A stretch of DNA of 64,000 nt from Shigella phage vB_SsoM_113. The translations under genes were made by a program, and so were the position numbers. How positions within the stretch are numbered: position 1 is the stretch's first letter; each line of letters starts with the position of its first letter. The notes below the pieces were generated by a model. The model was not told the origin of the DNA. It searched no databases and saw only the letters and a list, made by a program, of their open reading frames with translations. Of the stretch, positions 1 to 10,063 are shown one piece after another. The stretch lies in the sequence record LR746311; one strand, written 5' to 3'.

Positions 1-1
1 T

Positions 2-139
2 GAAGGAAATGGATTCATCCTTGAGTATGAATTTAGCCAATGGTGGTTATACGCTAATTACGGCGAATTGATTGAATATGTTGACCAGTTTGATTCACTA
101 GATGCAGCTCTTGAAGCGGCTAAGTTGATGAATGTATGA
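2..139 (+). CDS. hypothetical protein, 3' fragment (start outside window)
   Basis: open frame from window edge to TGA 137-139; ATGA overlap with next ORF. Confidence 0.3.
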   Translation, partial: EGNGFILEYEFSQWWLYANYGELIEYVDQFDSLDAALEAAKLMNV

Positions 140-405
140 AATTAATTAATATTTCTATTGCTATTGAAAATTTTGGTATTTTCTATGTTGACCAATACAT
201 GAAAATTTCATTTTTCCCAAATAAAACTGGTGTTGGATATTGGGAAAGCCATGTTTCTGAATTAAATGAAAGTAAATATTCTAATACCCATAAAAAGTTT
301 TTAGACTTTTTATATCGCGCTGATATTACTGAACATTATATAGATATTCATGAATTTAAAAAGATGATGGAGAAAGTGTTCCAAGCATACTGCTTACTTA
401 GATAA
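136..405 (+). CDS. hypothetical early protein (89 aa) upstream of gene 55
   Basis: ATG ORF, AT-rich phage codon usage, translationally coupled to upstream frame. Confidence 0.5.
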   Translation: MKLINISIAIENFGIFYVDQYMKISFFPNKTGVGYWESHVSELNESKYSNTHKKFLDFLYRADITEHYIDIHEFKKMMEKVFQAYCLLR

Positions 406-483
406 CTGATATCCTCTATGCTTTAAGATAGATCTTCAAATATTATGATATAATAGATCTATGAATTGAGCTAAGAGGTGAAA

Positions 484-1041
484 ATGTCAGAAACTAAGCC
501 TAAATATAATTACGTAAACAATAAAGAGCTTTTACAAGCTATTATTGATTGGAAAACAGAATTAGCAAATAATAAAGACCCAAATAAAGTAGTTCGTCAG
601 AATGATACTATCGGATTAGCCATTATGCTTATTGCAGAAGGCTTATCTAAACGTTTCAACTTTTCAGGATACACCCAATCCTGGAAACAAGAAATGATTG
701 CAGATGGTATAGAAGCTTCTATTAAGGGGCTTCATAATTTTGATGAAACGAAATATAAAAACCCACATGCATATATAACTCAAGCTTGTTTTAATGCATT
801 CGTCCAACGTATTAAAAAAGAACGTAAGGAAGTTGCAAAGAAATACAGTTACTTCGTTCACAATGTCTATGACAGTCGTGACGACGATATGGTTGCGTTA
901 GTAGATGAAACTTTTATTCAAGACATCTACGATAAAATGACGCATTACGAAGAATCAACCTATAGAACACCGGGGGCTGAAAAGAAAAGTGTTGTAGACG
1001 ATTCTCCTAGTTTGGATTTTTTATATGAGGCTAACGATTAA
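484..1041 (+). CDS. 55: late-transcription sigma factor gp55
   Basis: 185-aa product beginning [18 protein letters not shown], recognised as T4 gp55; GAGG RBS before ATG 484. Confidence 0.95.
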
Positions 1042-1243
1042 CCTCTCCGGATTCTTGGAAGAAATACCTGAAGTTGAAGCTATTCCCTATTTACTTAAAA
1101 TGTATCTCAGGGAAGTTTTAGCTCTTGACATTGATATTGATCCAGAAAATCCGTATGATACCGCTTTTAAATCTAACGGTGTAGAATTAAACTATCGGTA
1201 TCATTTAACAGATGATGATTTTTATTTTATATTAGAGAAATAA
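1025..1243 (+). CDS. hypothetical protein (72 aa)
   Basis: ORF overlapping end of gene 55; no strong RBS. Confidence 0.4.
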
Positions 1244-1244
1244 T

Positions 1245-1562
1245 ATGACTGATAAACCCGAAATTAATGATGAAGTGGAAAAGCTTATTTCTTCTATTGA
1301 AGAAAAGAACCGTCTTGAAGCAGAAAGAAAAGCAAATAAGTTATTGTCTAAAAACAAACGTGAACTGAACCGTCTTTATAAGTACGCTCAGATTGCAGCT
1401 GAAAACAATAATTTTGCTCAATACGAATACGCTATCAAGAAAAGTCGGGATATTCTAAAACAGCCATATAACGATGAACTCATTAGTATTCTTTGGAAGA
1501 CTACTAGATCGCAGATTGAGGATATGATTGATGCTTACACACGTAAAATTCAAGCGTCTTAA
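1245..1562 (+). CDS. hypothetical protein (105 aa), charged/helical
   Basis: ATG ORF directly after previous stop. Confidence 0.55.
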   Translation: MTDKPEINDEVEKLISSIEEKNRLEAERKANKLLSKNKRELNRLYKYAQIAAENNNFAQYEYAIKKSRDILKQPYNDELISILWKTTRSQIEDMIDAYTRKIQAS

Positions 1563-1734
1563 AATTAATGCAGGATTTACTGAATCTTTGAATGGTCATC
1601 TTTGTGTGAAAATTTCTGAAAAAGAATACCATGATAGTTCAATTAAAGAAGTTAATCCTCCTATTGTAAGAGCAGACCCTAATATGAAAGTGTGGGTTGA
1701 TTCTTATCAAGTTAAAAAATGGTGGCAACTGTGA
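1531..1734 (+). CDS. hypothetical protein (67 aa), start uncertain
   Basis: ORF overlapping 3' end of previous gene in another frame. Confidence 0.3.
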   Translation: MLTHVKFKRLKINAGFTESLNGHLCVKISEKEYHDSSIKEVNPPIVRADPNMKVWVDSYQVKKWWQL

Positions 1735-1737
1735 AAG

Positions 1738-1911
1738 ATGAACGCCCAGACTTGTGAAATAGATTATAATAAAATTCGTTCCTCTAAAGTAGAAATGATG
1801 AGGCGCTTTAAAGAGTCTCATGATAAAGCTAAAGCAGAAGGAACTATAACACATAAACGTATAAAATTTAGAAGCTCTAACGAGCCTCTGTATGGTGTAT
1901 TATGCGGATAG
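1738..1911 (+). CDS. hypothetical protein (57 aa)
   Basis: ATG ORF not in supplied track (under 60 aa); ends at hairpin 1908-1927. Confidence 0.3.
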   Translation: MNAQTCEIDYNKIRSSKVEMMRRFKESHDKAKAEGTITHKRIKFRSSNEPLYGVLCG

Positions 1912-1927
1912 GAGCTTCGGCTCCTAT
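1908..1927 (+). terminator. stem-loop with UUCG tetraloop (ataggagc-ttcg-gctcctat)
   Basis: 8-bp perfect stem read from sequence; weak U tract, so may be an RNA-stability hairpin. Confidence 0.4.
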
Positions 1928-1929
1928 AT

Positions 1930-1953
1930 TGCTTTATAAATTTTTGGTAAAAT
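1930..1953 (+). promoter_or_regulatory. putative MotA-dependent middle promoter upstream of agt
   Basis: TGCTTTA box 1930-1936, 11-nt spacer, TAAAAT 1948-1953. Confidence 0.45.
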
Positions 1954-1977
1954 AAACCAAAACAATGAGGATATTAA

Positions 1978-3180
1978 ATGAAAGTATGCATTTTTATGGC
2001 TCGAGGTCTTGAAGGTTGTGGCGTAACTAAATTTTCTCTTGAGCAGCGTGATTGGTTTATTAAAAATGGTCATGAAGTAACTTTGGTTTATGCTAAAGAT
2101 AAATCATTTACCCGTAATTGCGCGCATGATTATAAATCATTTTCAATTCCGGTTTTATTGGCAAAAGAATACGATAAAACACTTAAGCTGGTAAATGATT
2201 GTGATATTCTAATTATCAATTCAGTTCCTGCTACTTCAGTAGAAGAAGACACTATTAATAACTATAAAAAAATTATTGATAACATTAAACCTTCGGTTCG
2301 TGTTGTAGTTTATCAACATGACCATTCTTCTCTTTCTTTGCGCCGAAATTTGGGATTAGAAGAAACTGTTCGTCGAGCTGATGTTATTTTTAGTCATTCT
2401 GATAATGGTGATTTTAATAAAGTTCTGATGAAAGAATGGTATCCAGAAACAGTTTCTCTGTTTGATGATATTGAAGAAGCACCGACTGTATACAACTTTC
2501 AGCCTCCTATGGATATTGCGAAGGTTCGATCAACCTACTGGAAAGATGTTTCTGAAATTAACATGAATGTCAACCGTTGGATTGGTCGTACGACTACATG
2601 GAAAGGTTTTTATCAGATGTTTGATTTTCACGAAAAACATCTTAAACCTGCAGGACTAAGTACTATTATGGAAGGTCTGGAACGTTCTCCAGCGTTCATT
2701 CCTATTAAAGAAAAAGGAATTCCATACGAGTATTATCGTCTTCATCAAGTAGACCAAATTAAAATTGCTCCTAATTTGCCGACGCAAATTCTCGACCGTT
2801 ATGTAAATAGCGAAATGCTTGAACGCATGAGTAAATCCGGATTTGGTTATCAGTTGAGTAAGTTGGACAAAAAATATCTACAACGTTCTTTAGAATATAC
2901 TCATCTCGAGCTTGGTGCATGTGGAACAATTCCAGTATTTTGGAAATCTACTGGCGAAAATTTAAAATTCCGTGTTGATAATACTCCGTTAATTTCTCAT
3001 GATAGCGGTATCGTTTGGTTTGATGAAAATGACATGGAATCAACATTTGAACGTATTAAAGAACTGTCATCTGACCGAGCTCTTTATGACCGTGAACGCG
3101 AAAAAGCTTATGAATTTTTGTATCAGCATCAAGATTCAAGCTTCTGCTTTAAAGAACAGTTTGACATTATTACAAAATAA
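1978..3180 (+). CDS. agt: DNA alpha-glucosyltransferase
   Basis: 400-aa product MKVCIFMARGLEGCGVTKFSLEQRDWF, recognised as T4 alpha-gt; GAGGA RBS. Confidence 0.93.
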   Translation: MKVCIFMARGLEGCGVTKFSLEQRDWFIKNGHEVTLVYAKDKSFTRNCAHDYKSFSIPVLLAKEYDKTLKLVNDCDILIINSVPATSVEEDTINNYKKIIDNIKPSVRVVVYQHDHSSLSLRRNLGLEETVRRADVIFSHSDNGDFNKVLMKEWYPETVSLFDDIEEAPTVYNFQPPMDIAKVRSTYWKDVSEINMNVNRWIGRTTTWKGFYQMFDFHEKHLKPAGLSTIMEGLERSPAFIPIKEKGIPYEYYRLHQVDQIKIAPNLPTQILDRYVNSEMLERMSKSGFGYQLSKLDKKYLQRSLEYTHLELGACGTIPVFWKSTGENLKFRVDNTPLISHDSGIVWFDENDMESTFERIKELSSDRALYDREREKAYEFLYQHQDSSFCFKEQFDIITK

Positions 3181-3197
3181 AGGGCTTCGGCCCTTTA
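3181..3197 (+). terminator. UUCG-tetraloop hairpin (agggcttcggccct) after agt
   Basis: GC stem with TTCG loop immediately after agt stop; short U tract. Confidence 0.45.
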
Positions 3198-3221
3198 GCT
3201 TTATACGGAGTTTGATATAAT
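3197..3221 (+). promoter_or_regulatory. middle-promoter-like element (AGCTTTA box, 12 nt, TATAAT)
   Basis: AGCTTTA 3197-3203, TATAAT 3216-3221; same architecture recurs at 32800-32824. Confidence 0.35.
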
Positions 3222-3360
3222 GATATTTCTTGGATATGTGATACTTTTTCTCGCATTTTATCTATTCACTAGAGCATGTTGGATTGGGTTCTTTAGCACT
3301 CCGGACGGATTTATTTCAATAATTTTATTTTGCATTTCAATGACGGTTCTTGATATATGA
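3220..3360 (+). CDS. small hydrophobic protein (46 aa)
   Basis: GGAG RBS, ATG 3220; MIFLGYVILFLAFYLF; stop overlaps next ATG (ATGA). Confidence 0.35.
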   Translation: MIFLGYVILFLAFYLFTRACWIGFFSTPDGFISIILFCISMTVLDI

Positions 3361-3980
3361 AAAAATATATAACTTATTTAACAATATATAGTGGAGATAA
3401 ACTTCCTCCTTTTTATATTGGATCTACGTCTTTAGATAGGCATTTAGCTGGATATCATGGTTCAGTTTTATCTAAAAAGTATAAGAAAATTTATAATAAA
3501 GAGCTTTCAGATAATCCTCACTTATTTGATTCATGCATTTTAGCTGAATTTGATACGCGTGAAGAAGCTATTAAATGCGAGTTATATTATCAACGATTGC
3601 ATGATGCAGTTAAAAATCCATTATTCTTTAATATGTCATATGCTGCTCCAAAAGGTTCATTTGGAAGAGATAATAAAGGACAAAATCATCCATTATATGG
3701 TTCTCATAATTGTAAAGGAAATATACATTCACATGATCCATTAACAGGAAAATCTGCCTTTTTGCCTTATATTCCAGAAGGTTATGTAAAAGGAAGGTCA
3801 AATAAATTTAAAGCTTCATCACATAATAAAGGTAAAAAATGGTATAATAACGGAGTTAAGCAAATGTTGTGTCATGAACCTCCTGGTCCTGAATGGACAA
3901 AAGGAAAAATTAAAGAACTGGTTTCAAAAGCAGCTAAATTAGGATGGAAAAGACACCATGAAAATACTAAACTTGGGTGA
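3357..3980 (+). CDS. GIY-YIG family homing endonuclease-like protein (Seg-like)
   Basis: N-terminal IY-x8-YIGST motif; C-terminal basic region with KKWYNNG; 23-nt overlap with gene 47. Confidence 0.7.
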   Translation: MKKYITYLTIYSGDKLPPFYIGSTSLDRHLAGYHGSVLSKKYKKIYNKELSDNPHLFDSCILAEFDTREEAIKCELYYQRLHDAVKNPLFFNMSYAAPKGSFGRDNKGQNHPLYGSHNCKGNIHSHDPLTGKSAFLPYIPEGYVKGRSNKFKASSHNKGKKWYNNGVKQMLCHEPPGPEWTKGKIKELVSKAAKLGWKRHHENTKLG

Positions 3981-4977
3981 TTGGCATTTAGGCGTTAAAG
4001 CTGATGATGAGTGGATTCGCGGTATTCAAATTGATGGAATTAAGCAAGCGATAGAATATTCTAAGAAAAATGGAATTACTGTATGGATTCAATATGGTGA
4101 TATTTTTGATGTGCGAAAAGCAATCACACATAAAACTATGGAGTTTGCCCGTGAAATAGTTCAAATGCTTGATGGTGCTGGAATCACATTACATACTATT
4201 GTAGGAAATCACGATCTCCACTACAAAAATGTAATGCATCCAAATGCTTCTACTGAGCTTTTGGCTAAATATCCTAATGTTAAAGTATATGATAAGCCTA
4301 CTACAGTAGATTTTGACGGATGTTTGATTGATTTAATTCCTTGGATGTGCGAAGAAAATACTGGTGAAATTCTTGAACACATCAAAACTTCATCTGCTTC
4401 TTTTTGTGTTGGTCACTGGGAACTGAATGGATTTTATTTTTATAAAGGAATGAAATCTCACGGTCTTGAACCTGATTTCCTTAAGACTTATAAAGAGGTG
4501 TGGTCTGGTCACTTCCATACTATCTCTGAGGCTGCTAACGTCAGATATATTGGGACACCATGGACACTAACTGCGGGTGACGAGAATGACCCTCGTGGGT
4601 TCTGGATGTTTGATACAGAAACAGAACGAATGGAATTTATTCCAAACAACACCACCTGGCATCGTCGAATTCAATATCCATTTAAGGGGAAAATTGACTA
4701 TAAAGATTTTACAAATCTATCAGTACGTGTTATAGTAACTGAAGTAGACAAAAATCTAACGAAGTTCGAATCTGAACTAGAAAAAGTTGTGCATTCATTA
4801 CGAGTTGTGTCAAAGATTGATAACTCTGTCGAGTCAGATGATAGTGAAGAAGTTGAAGTTCAATCTCTTCAGACATTGATGGAAGAATACATTAATGCAA
4901 TTCCAGACATCACTGATTCTGACCGTGAAGCACTTATTCAATATGCAAATCAGTTATATGTAGAGGCAACACAATGA
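3958..4977 (+). CDS. 47: recombination nuclease subunit gp47 (Mre11-like)
   Basis: 339-aa product MKILNLGDWHLG with phosphoesterase motifs, recognised as T4 gp47. Confidence 0.93.
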   Translation: MKILNLGDWHLGVKADDEWIRGIQIDGIKQAIEYSKKNGITVWIQYGDIFDVRKAITHKTMEFAREIVQMLDGAGITLHTIVGNHDLHYKNVMHPNASTELLAKYPNVKVYDKPTTVDFDGCLIDLIPWMCEENTGEILEHIKTSSASFCVGHWELNGFYFYKGMKSHGLEPDFLKTYKEVWSGHFHTISEAANVRYIGTPWTLTAGDENDPRGFWMFDTETERMEFIPNNTTWHRRIQYPFKGKIDYKDFTNLSVRVIVTEVDKNLTKFESELEKVVHSLRVVSKIDNSVESDDSEEVEVQSLQTLMEEYINAIPDITDSDREALIQYANQLYVEATQ

Positions 4978-5237
4978 CTTTTGATGAATTTAAAAATGTT
5001 ATGATGAGTCAGCATTTTGAATGCGAAGTAAAAGATGATATTGGGCATAAAGAAATTATTGAATATTGGTTTGAACCGCTAGAGGTTGAAGATAATTGTA
5101 TTAAAAAGGTTACGGTCTGCACTGACTGGGCTGTATCTTTTAACTTCAACATTTTAGATAATGACACACCTAAATCATTACAAGATATGGCTGTATCTTG
5201 TATTAAGGATGCATACTGTGAAGTTTTTGACATTTGA
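4974..5237 (+). CDS. hypothetical protein (87 aa)
   Basis: ATGA-coupled to gene 47; position of T4 46.x ORFs. Confidence 0.5.
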   Translation: MTFDEFKNVMMSQHFECEVKDDIGHKEIIEYWFEPLEVEDNCIKKVTVCTDWAVSFNFNILDNDTPKSLQDMAVSCIKDAYCEVFDI

Positions 5238-5424
5238 CCTTAACGATGAATTCATAGCAAATATTGATTACACTGAAGAAGATTCTAGATATGTTGGAAT
5301 AATTTATATCACATCAAAAGCAGCACAAGGTGTTGTTTGCATGGCTGAATTTGATGAATACTTTTTAGATTATGATGATATGATAGAATGGTCTAAAAGA
5401 TACATTAAAAGGAATCTTTTGTGA
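5209..5424 (+). CDS. hypothetical protein (about 71 aa), start uncertain
   Basis: ORF overlapping previous gene; first ATG at 5209. Confidence 0.4.
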   Translation: MHTVKFLTFDLNDEFIANIDYTEEDSRYVGIIYITSKAAQGVVCMAEFDEYFLDYDDMIEWSKRYIKRNLL

Positions 5425-7103
5425 AGAATTTTAAATTAAACCGAGTTAGGTATCAAAATATAATGTCAGTAGGTGGAAATCCTATTGACATTCAACTAGA
5501 TAAGTTTCAAAAAACTCTTATTACTGGACGAAATGGCGGTGGTAAGTCTACTATGTTAGAAGCCATCACATTTGGGCTTTTTGGCAAGCCATTTCGTGAT
5601 GTAAAGAAAGGTCAATTAATAAACAGCACAAATAAGAAAGAACTTTTAGTTGAACTGTGGATGGAATATGATGAAAAAAAGTACTATATCAAAAGAGGAC
5701 AAAAACCGAATGTTTTCGAAATCACCGTTAACGATACACGTCTTAATGAATCTGCCAGCAGTAAAGATTTCCAAGCAGAATTTGAACAGCTTATCGGAAT
5801 GTCATACGCCAGTTTCAAACAGATCGTCGTACTCGGCACGGCTGGATATACCCCTTTTATGGGCTTATCCACTCCTGCAAGAAGAAAACTCGTCGAAGAC
5901 CTGCTCGAAGTAGGAACATTAGCTGAAATGGATAAGCTCAATAAAGCACTAATACGTGAATTAAATTCACAAAACCAAGTGCTTGATGTTAAAAAAGATA
6001 GTATTATCCAACAAATTAAAATATATAATGATAACGTTGAACGCCAGAAAAAATTAACTGGTGATAACCTTACTCGTCTACAGAATATGTATGATGATTT
6101 GGCAAAAGAAGCCAGAACGCTAAAATCGGAAATAGAAGAAGCTAATGAAAGATTAGTTAATATTGTTTTGGATGAAGACCCGACTGATGCATTTAATAAA
6201 ATCGGTCAAGAAGCATTTTTAATTAAATCAAAAATTGACTCGTATAATAAAGTCATTAATATGTATCACGAAGGTGGATTATGTCCAACCTGTTTGTCAC
6301 AATTAAGTTCCGGTGATAAAGTTGTTTCTAAAATTAAAGATAAAGTTTCTGAATGCACACATTCGTTTGAACAGCTTTCAACACATCGTGATAATTTAAA
6401 AGTTCTCGTTGATGAATACCGAGATAATATTAAAACCCAGCAGACGTTGGCGAATGATATTCGCAATAAAAAGCAATCTCTAATCACGACGGTAGATAAA
6501 GCTAAAAAAGTTAAAGCAGCTATAGAAAAAGCATCATCCGAGTTTATTGACCATGCTGATGAAATAGCACTGCTTCAAGAAGAACTTGATAAAATTGTTA
6601 AGACAAAAACTAATTTAGTAATGGAAAAATACCACAGAGGAATTTTGACTGATATGCTCAAAGATTCTGGTATTAAAGGTGCTATTATTAAAAAGTACAT
6701 TCCATTATTTAATAAGCAAATTAACCATTATCTTAAAATAATGGAAGCGGATTATGTGTTTACATTAGATGAAGAATTTAATGAGACAATTAAATCCCGT
6801 GGTCGCGAAGATTTTAGTTATGCTTCATTTAGTGAAGGTGAAAAAGCACGAATCGATATTGCTCTTTTATTTACTTGGCGTGATATTGCTTCTATCGTAT
6901 CTGGTGTTAGTATTAGTACATTAATTCTTGATGAAGTGTTTGATGGGTCATTTGATGCCGAAGGTATTAAAGGTGTAGCTAATATTATAAATTCAATGAA
7001 AAATACTAATGTTTTTATAATTTCGCATAAAGACCATGACCCGCAAGAATATGGTCAGCATCTTCAAATGAAGAAAGTTGGTCGATTTACTGTAATGGTT
7101 TAA
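5421..7103 (+). CDS. 46: recombination ATPase subunit gp46 (Rad50/SbcC-like)
   Basis: 560 aa, GTG start, Walker A GRNGGGKST, coiled-coil middle, zinc hook CPTC. Confidence 0.93.
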   Translation: MKNFKLNRVRYQNIMSVGGNPIDIQLDKFQKTLITGRNGGGKSTMLEAITFGLFGKPFRDVKKGQLINSTNKKELLVELWMEYDEKKYYIKRGQKPNVFEITVNDTRLNESASSKDFQAEFEQLIGMSYASFKQIVVLGTAGYTPFMGLSTPARRKLVEDLLEVGTLAEMDKLNKALIRELNSQNQVLDVKKDSIIQQIKIYNDNVERQKKLTGDNLTRLQNMYDDLAKEARTLKSEIEEANERLVNIVLDEDPTDAFNKIGQEAFLIKSKIDSYNKVINMYHEGGLCPTCLSQLSSGDKVVSKIKDKVSECTHSFEQLSTHRDNLKVLVDEYRDNIKTQQTLANDIRNKKQSLITTVDKAKKVKAAIEKASSEFIDHADEIALLQEELDKIVKTKTNLVMEKYHRGILTDMLKDSGIKGAIIKKYIPLFNKQINHYLKIMEADYVFTLDEEFNETIKSRGREDFSYASFSEGEKARIDIALLFTWRDIASIVSGVSISTLILDEVFDGSFDAEGIKGVANIINSMKNTNVFIISHKDHDPQEYGQHLQMKKVGRFTVMV

Positions 7104-7158
7104 TTTATAAGAGATTATGCTTTAATTTATTAGAGTATAATCTCTATGGAGGAAAAAC

Positions 7159-7347
7159 ATGGAATATTCAACTGGACAGCATCTATTAACTATTCCTGAA
7201 ATAAAACGATATATTCTGAGAAATAATTTTTCTAATGAAGAGCATATAGTTACTGAATCTATGCTTAAGAATGCATTTAAAGCAGAATATACGAAAATAA
7301 TGTCCAACAGAAATGAAGCTTGGACTGTTACTGATTATTATGACTAA
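7159..7347 (+). CDS. hypothetical protein (62 aa; position of T4 45.2)
   Basis: GGAGG RBS, ATG 7159. Confidence 0.55.
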   Translation: MEYSTGQHLLTIPEIKRYILRNNFSNEEHIVTESMLKNAFKAEYTKIMSNRNEAWTVTDYYD

Positions 7348-7356
7348 AGGTGTATT

Positions 7357-7746
7357 ATGACTAAAATTACTGTGAATTATACTGTTGATGTAAAAGATAT
7401 TCAGCCAAAACACGTGCGTTCTGATTCAAATCCACAAAACCAAAATAAAATTCGTCGAGCATGGGTTTTGTCTCTTTCTGATAACGCGATGGAAGTTATT
7501 CAGAACAAAATTAAATCTGCACCTGCTCGTCATGCGTATTATGAAGCTATCGATCGTGAAGTAAGTAATAAATGGATTGAACTAATGCGCAAACATACGA
7601 CAGAATCTTTAAATGCTGGTGCTAAATTTATTATGACTTCATGTGGTGAGCGCCTTGAAGATGATTATTGTGGTAATGCAGATGAACGTCTAATTGTTGC
7701 TGCTCAAATTGTTGCGGAAACAATTGCTGCCGATTTTAATCGTTAA
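7357..7746 (+). CDS. rpbA: RNA polymerase-binding protein RpbA
   Basis: 129-aa ORF directly upstream of gene 45, as in T4. Confidence 0.75.
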   Translation: MTKITVNYTVDVKDIQPKHVRSDSNPQNQNKIRRAWVLSLSDNAMEVIQNKIKSAPARHAYYEAIDREVSNKWIELMRKHTTESLNAGAKFIMTSCGERLEDDYCGNADERLIVAAQIVAETIAADFNR

Positions 7747-7747
7747 T

Positions 7748-7772
7748 TGCTTTATTAAATTAGTTATAAAAT
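7748..7772 (+). promoter_or_regulatory. MotA-dependent middle promoter of gene 45
   Basis: TGCTTTA 7748-7754, 12-nt spacer, TAAAAT 7767-7772, about 30 nt before gene 45 ATG. Confidence 0.6.
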
Positions 7773-7801
7773 TAAATCTCATTTGAATTGAAGGAAATTA
7801 C

Positions 7802-8488
7802 ATGAAACTGTCTAAAGATACTACTGCTCTGCTTAAAAATTTCGCTACTATTAACTCTGGTATTATGCTTAAATCTGGTCAATTTATTATGACTCGCGCA
7901 GTTAATGGTACAACTTATGCGGAAGCAAATATTTCTGACACTATTGATTTTGATGTAGCAATTTACGATTTGAACGGTTTTCTCGGTATTCTGTCCCTAG
8001 TTAATGACGATGCAGAAATTTCCCAGTCAGAAGATGGAAATATTAAAATTGCTGATGCTCGTTCAACAATTTTTTGGCCAGCAGCTGATCCGAGCACAGT
8101 AGTGGCTCCTAATAAACCAATTCCATTCCCGGTAGCATCTGTTGTTACTGAAATTAAAGCTGAAGACCTTCAACAACTGTTGCGTGTATCTCGTGGTCTG
8201 CAGATTGATACAATTGCTATCACAGTAAAAGAAGGTAAAATCGTAATTAACGGTTTTAATAAAGTAGAAGATTCTGCTTTGACCCGTGTTAAATATTCTT
8301 TGACTCTTGGTGATTATGATGGTGAAAATACATTTAATTTCATTATCAATATGGCAAATATGAAAATGCAACCAGGAAATTATAAACTTCTGCTCTGGGC
8401 AAAAGGTAAACAAGGTGCTGCTAAATTTGAAGGTGAACACGCGAATTATGTAGTAGCTCTTGAAGCTGATTCTACCCACGATTTTTAA
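7802..8488 (+). CDS. 45: sliding clamp gp45
   Basis: 228-aa product MKLSKDTTALLKNFATINSGIML, recognised as T4 gp45. Confidence 0.95.
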   Translation: MKLSKDTTALLKNFATINSGIMLKSGQFIMTRAVNGTTYAEANISDTIDFDVAIYDLNGFLGILSLVNDDAEISQSEDGNIKIADARSTIFWPAADPSTVVAPNKPIPFPVASVVTEIKAEDLQQLLRVSRGLQIDTIAITVKEGKIVINGFNKVEDSALTRVKYSLTLGDYDGENTFNFIINMANMKMQPGNYKLLLWAKGKQGAAKFEGEHANYVVALEADSTHDF

Positions 8489-8490
8489 TA

Positions 8491-8506
8491 AAGGGCTTCG
8501 GCCCTT
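8491..8506 (+). terminator. UUCG-tetraloop hairpin (aagggcttcggccctt) after gene 45
   Basis: perfect stem with TTCG loop, 2 nt after stop. Confidence 0.45.
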
Positions 8507-8537
8507 AAATTTACACTAAAACTTGAATGAGGAAATT

Positions 8538-9497
8538 ATGATTACTGTAAATGAAAAAGAACACATTCTTGAACAGAAATATCGTCCATCTACTATCGAT
8601 GAATGTATTCTTCCCGCCTTTGATAAAGAAACCTTTAAATCTATTACAAGTAAAGGTAAAATTCCACATATTATTCTTCATTCTCCTTCTCCAGGAACAG
8701 GTAAAACAACTGTAGCAAAAGCATTGTGTCATGATGTAAATGCTGATATGATGTTTGTGAATGGATCAGACTGTAAAATTGATTTCGTTCGTGGTCCTTT
8801 GACTAATTTTGCTAGTGCAGCTTCATTTGATGGTCGTCAAAAAGTAATCGTTATTGATGAATTTGACCGTTCAGGGCTAGCAGAGTCTCAACGACATCTT
8901 CGTTCCTTTATGGAAGCTTATAGTTCAAACTGTAGTATTATTATTACTGCTAACAATATTGATGGTATTATTAAACCGCTTCAGTCACGCTGCCGAGTTA
9001 TTACGTTCGGTCAACCGACTGATGAAGATAAAATTGAAATGATGAAGCAGATGATTCGTCGATTGACTGAAATCTGTAAGCATGAAGGAATTGCTATAGC
9101 TGATATGAAAGTTGTAGCAGCTTTGGTTAAAAAGAATTTTCCTGATTTTCGTAAAACTATTGGTGAGCTCGATAGTTATTCATCTAAAGGTGTTTTGGAT
9201 GCTGGTATTTTATCACTGGTTACTAACGATCGTGGTACTATTGATGATGTTCTTGAATCTCTCAAAAATAAAGATGTTAAACAGCTCAGAGCTTTAGCGC
9301 CAAAATATGCAGCTGATTATTCGTGGTTCGTAGGTAAACTTGCCGAAGAAATCTATACACGTGTAACTCCGCAAAGTATTATTCGTATGTATGAAATTGT
9401 TGGTGAAAATAACCAGTATCATGGAATTGCGGCTAATACGGAATTACATTTAGCATATCTTTTCATTCAATTAGCATGCGAAATGCAGTGGAAGTGA
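8538..9497 (+). CDS. 44: clamp loader large subunit gp44
   Basis: 319 aa from ATG 8538 (MITVNEKEH), AAA+ Walker A GTGKTT; GAGGAA RBS. Confidence 0.95.
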   Translation: MITVNEKEHILEQKYRPSTIDECILPAFDKETFKSITSKGKIPHIILHSPSPGTGKTTVAKALCHDVNADMMFVNGSDCKIDFVRGPLTNFASAASFDGRQKVIVIDEFDRSGLAESQRHLRSFMEAYSSNCSIIITANNIDGIIKPLQSRCRVITFGQPTDEDKIEMMKQMIRRLTEICKHEGIAIADMKVVAALVKKNFPDFRKTIGELDSYSSKGVLDAGILSLVTNDRGTIDDVLESLKNKDVKQLRALAPKYAADYSWFVGKLAEEIYTRVTPQSIIRMYEIVGENNQYHGIAANTELHLAYLFIQLACEMQWK

Positions 9498-9498
9498 T

Positions 9499-10062
9499 AT
9501 GAGCTTATTTGAAGATGATATTCAATTAAACGAGCATCAAGTTGCTTGGTATTCAAAAGATTGGACAGCTGTCCAATCTGCTGCTGATTCTTTCAAGGAA
9601 AAAGCTGAAAATGAATTTTTTGAAATAATTGGAGCTATTAATAATAAAACTAAATGCTCTATTGCTCAAAAAGATTATTCAAAATACATGGTTGAGAATG
9701 CATTATCACAATTTCCTGAATGCATGCCAGCTGTATATGCTATGAATTTAATTGGATCAGGTTTAAGCGATGAAGCCCATTTTAATTATCTGATGGCTGC
9801 CGTTCCTCGGGGTAAAAGATATGGTAAATGGGCAAAACTGGTCGAAGATTCTACCGAAGTATTGATTATTAAGTTACTTGCTAAGCGGTATCAAGTTAAT
9901 ACAAATGATGCAATTAACTATAAATCAATTCTTACTAAAAATGGAAAACTTCCTTTAGTATTAAAAGAACTAAAAGGTTTAGTCACGGATGATTTTTTGA
10001 AAGAAGTGACTAAGAACGTAAAAGAACAGAAACAACTCAAAAAACTAGCATTGGAATGGTAA
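9499..10062 (+). CDS. 62: clamp loader small subunit gp62
   Basis: 187-aa ORF coupled to gene 44, T4 order 44-62-regA. Confidence 0.92.
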   Translation: MSLFEDDIQLNEHQVAWYSKDWTAVQSAADSFKEKAENEFFEIIGAINNKTKCSIAQKDYSKYMVENALSQFPECMPAVYAMNLIGSGLSDEAHFNYLMAAVPRGKRYGKWAKLVEDSTEVLIIKLLAKRYQVNTNDAINYKSILTKNGKLPLVLKELKGLVTDDFLKEVTKNVKEQKQLKKLALEW

Positions 10063-10063
10063 A

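Noticed and set aside
664-861. Minus-strand 65-aa ORF inside gene 55
   Set aside because: Fully embedded antisense in a well-supported gene, no RBS; chance open frame in AT-rich DNA.
8063-8479. Minus-strand 138-aa ORF antisense to gene 45
   Set aside because: Embedded in the sliding-clamp gene, no RBS or promoter; implausible composition.
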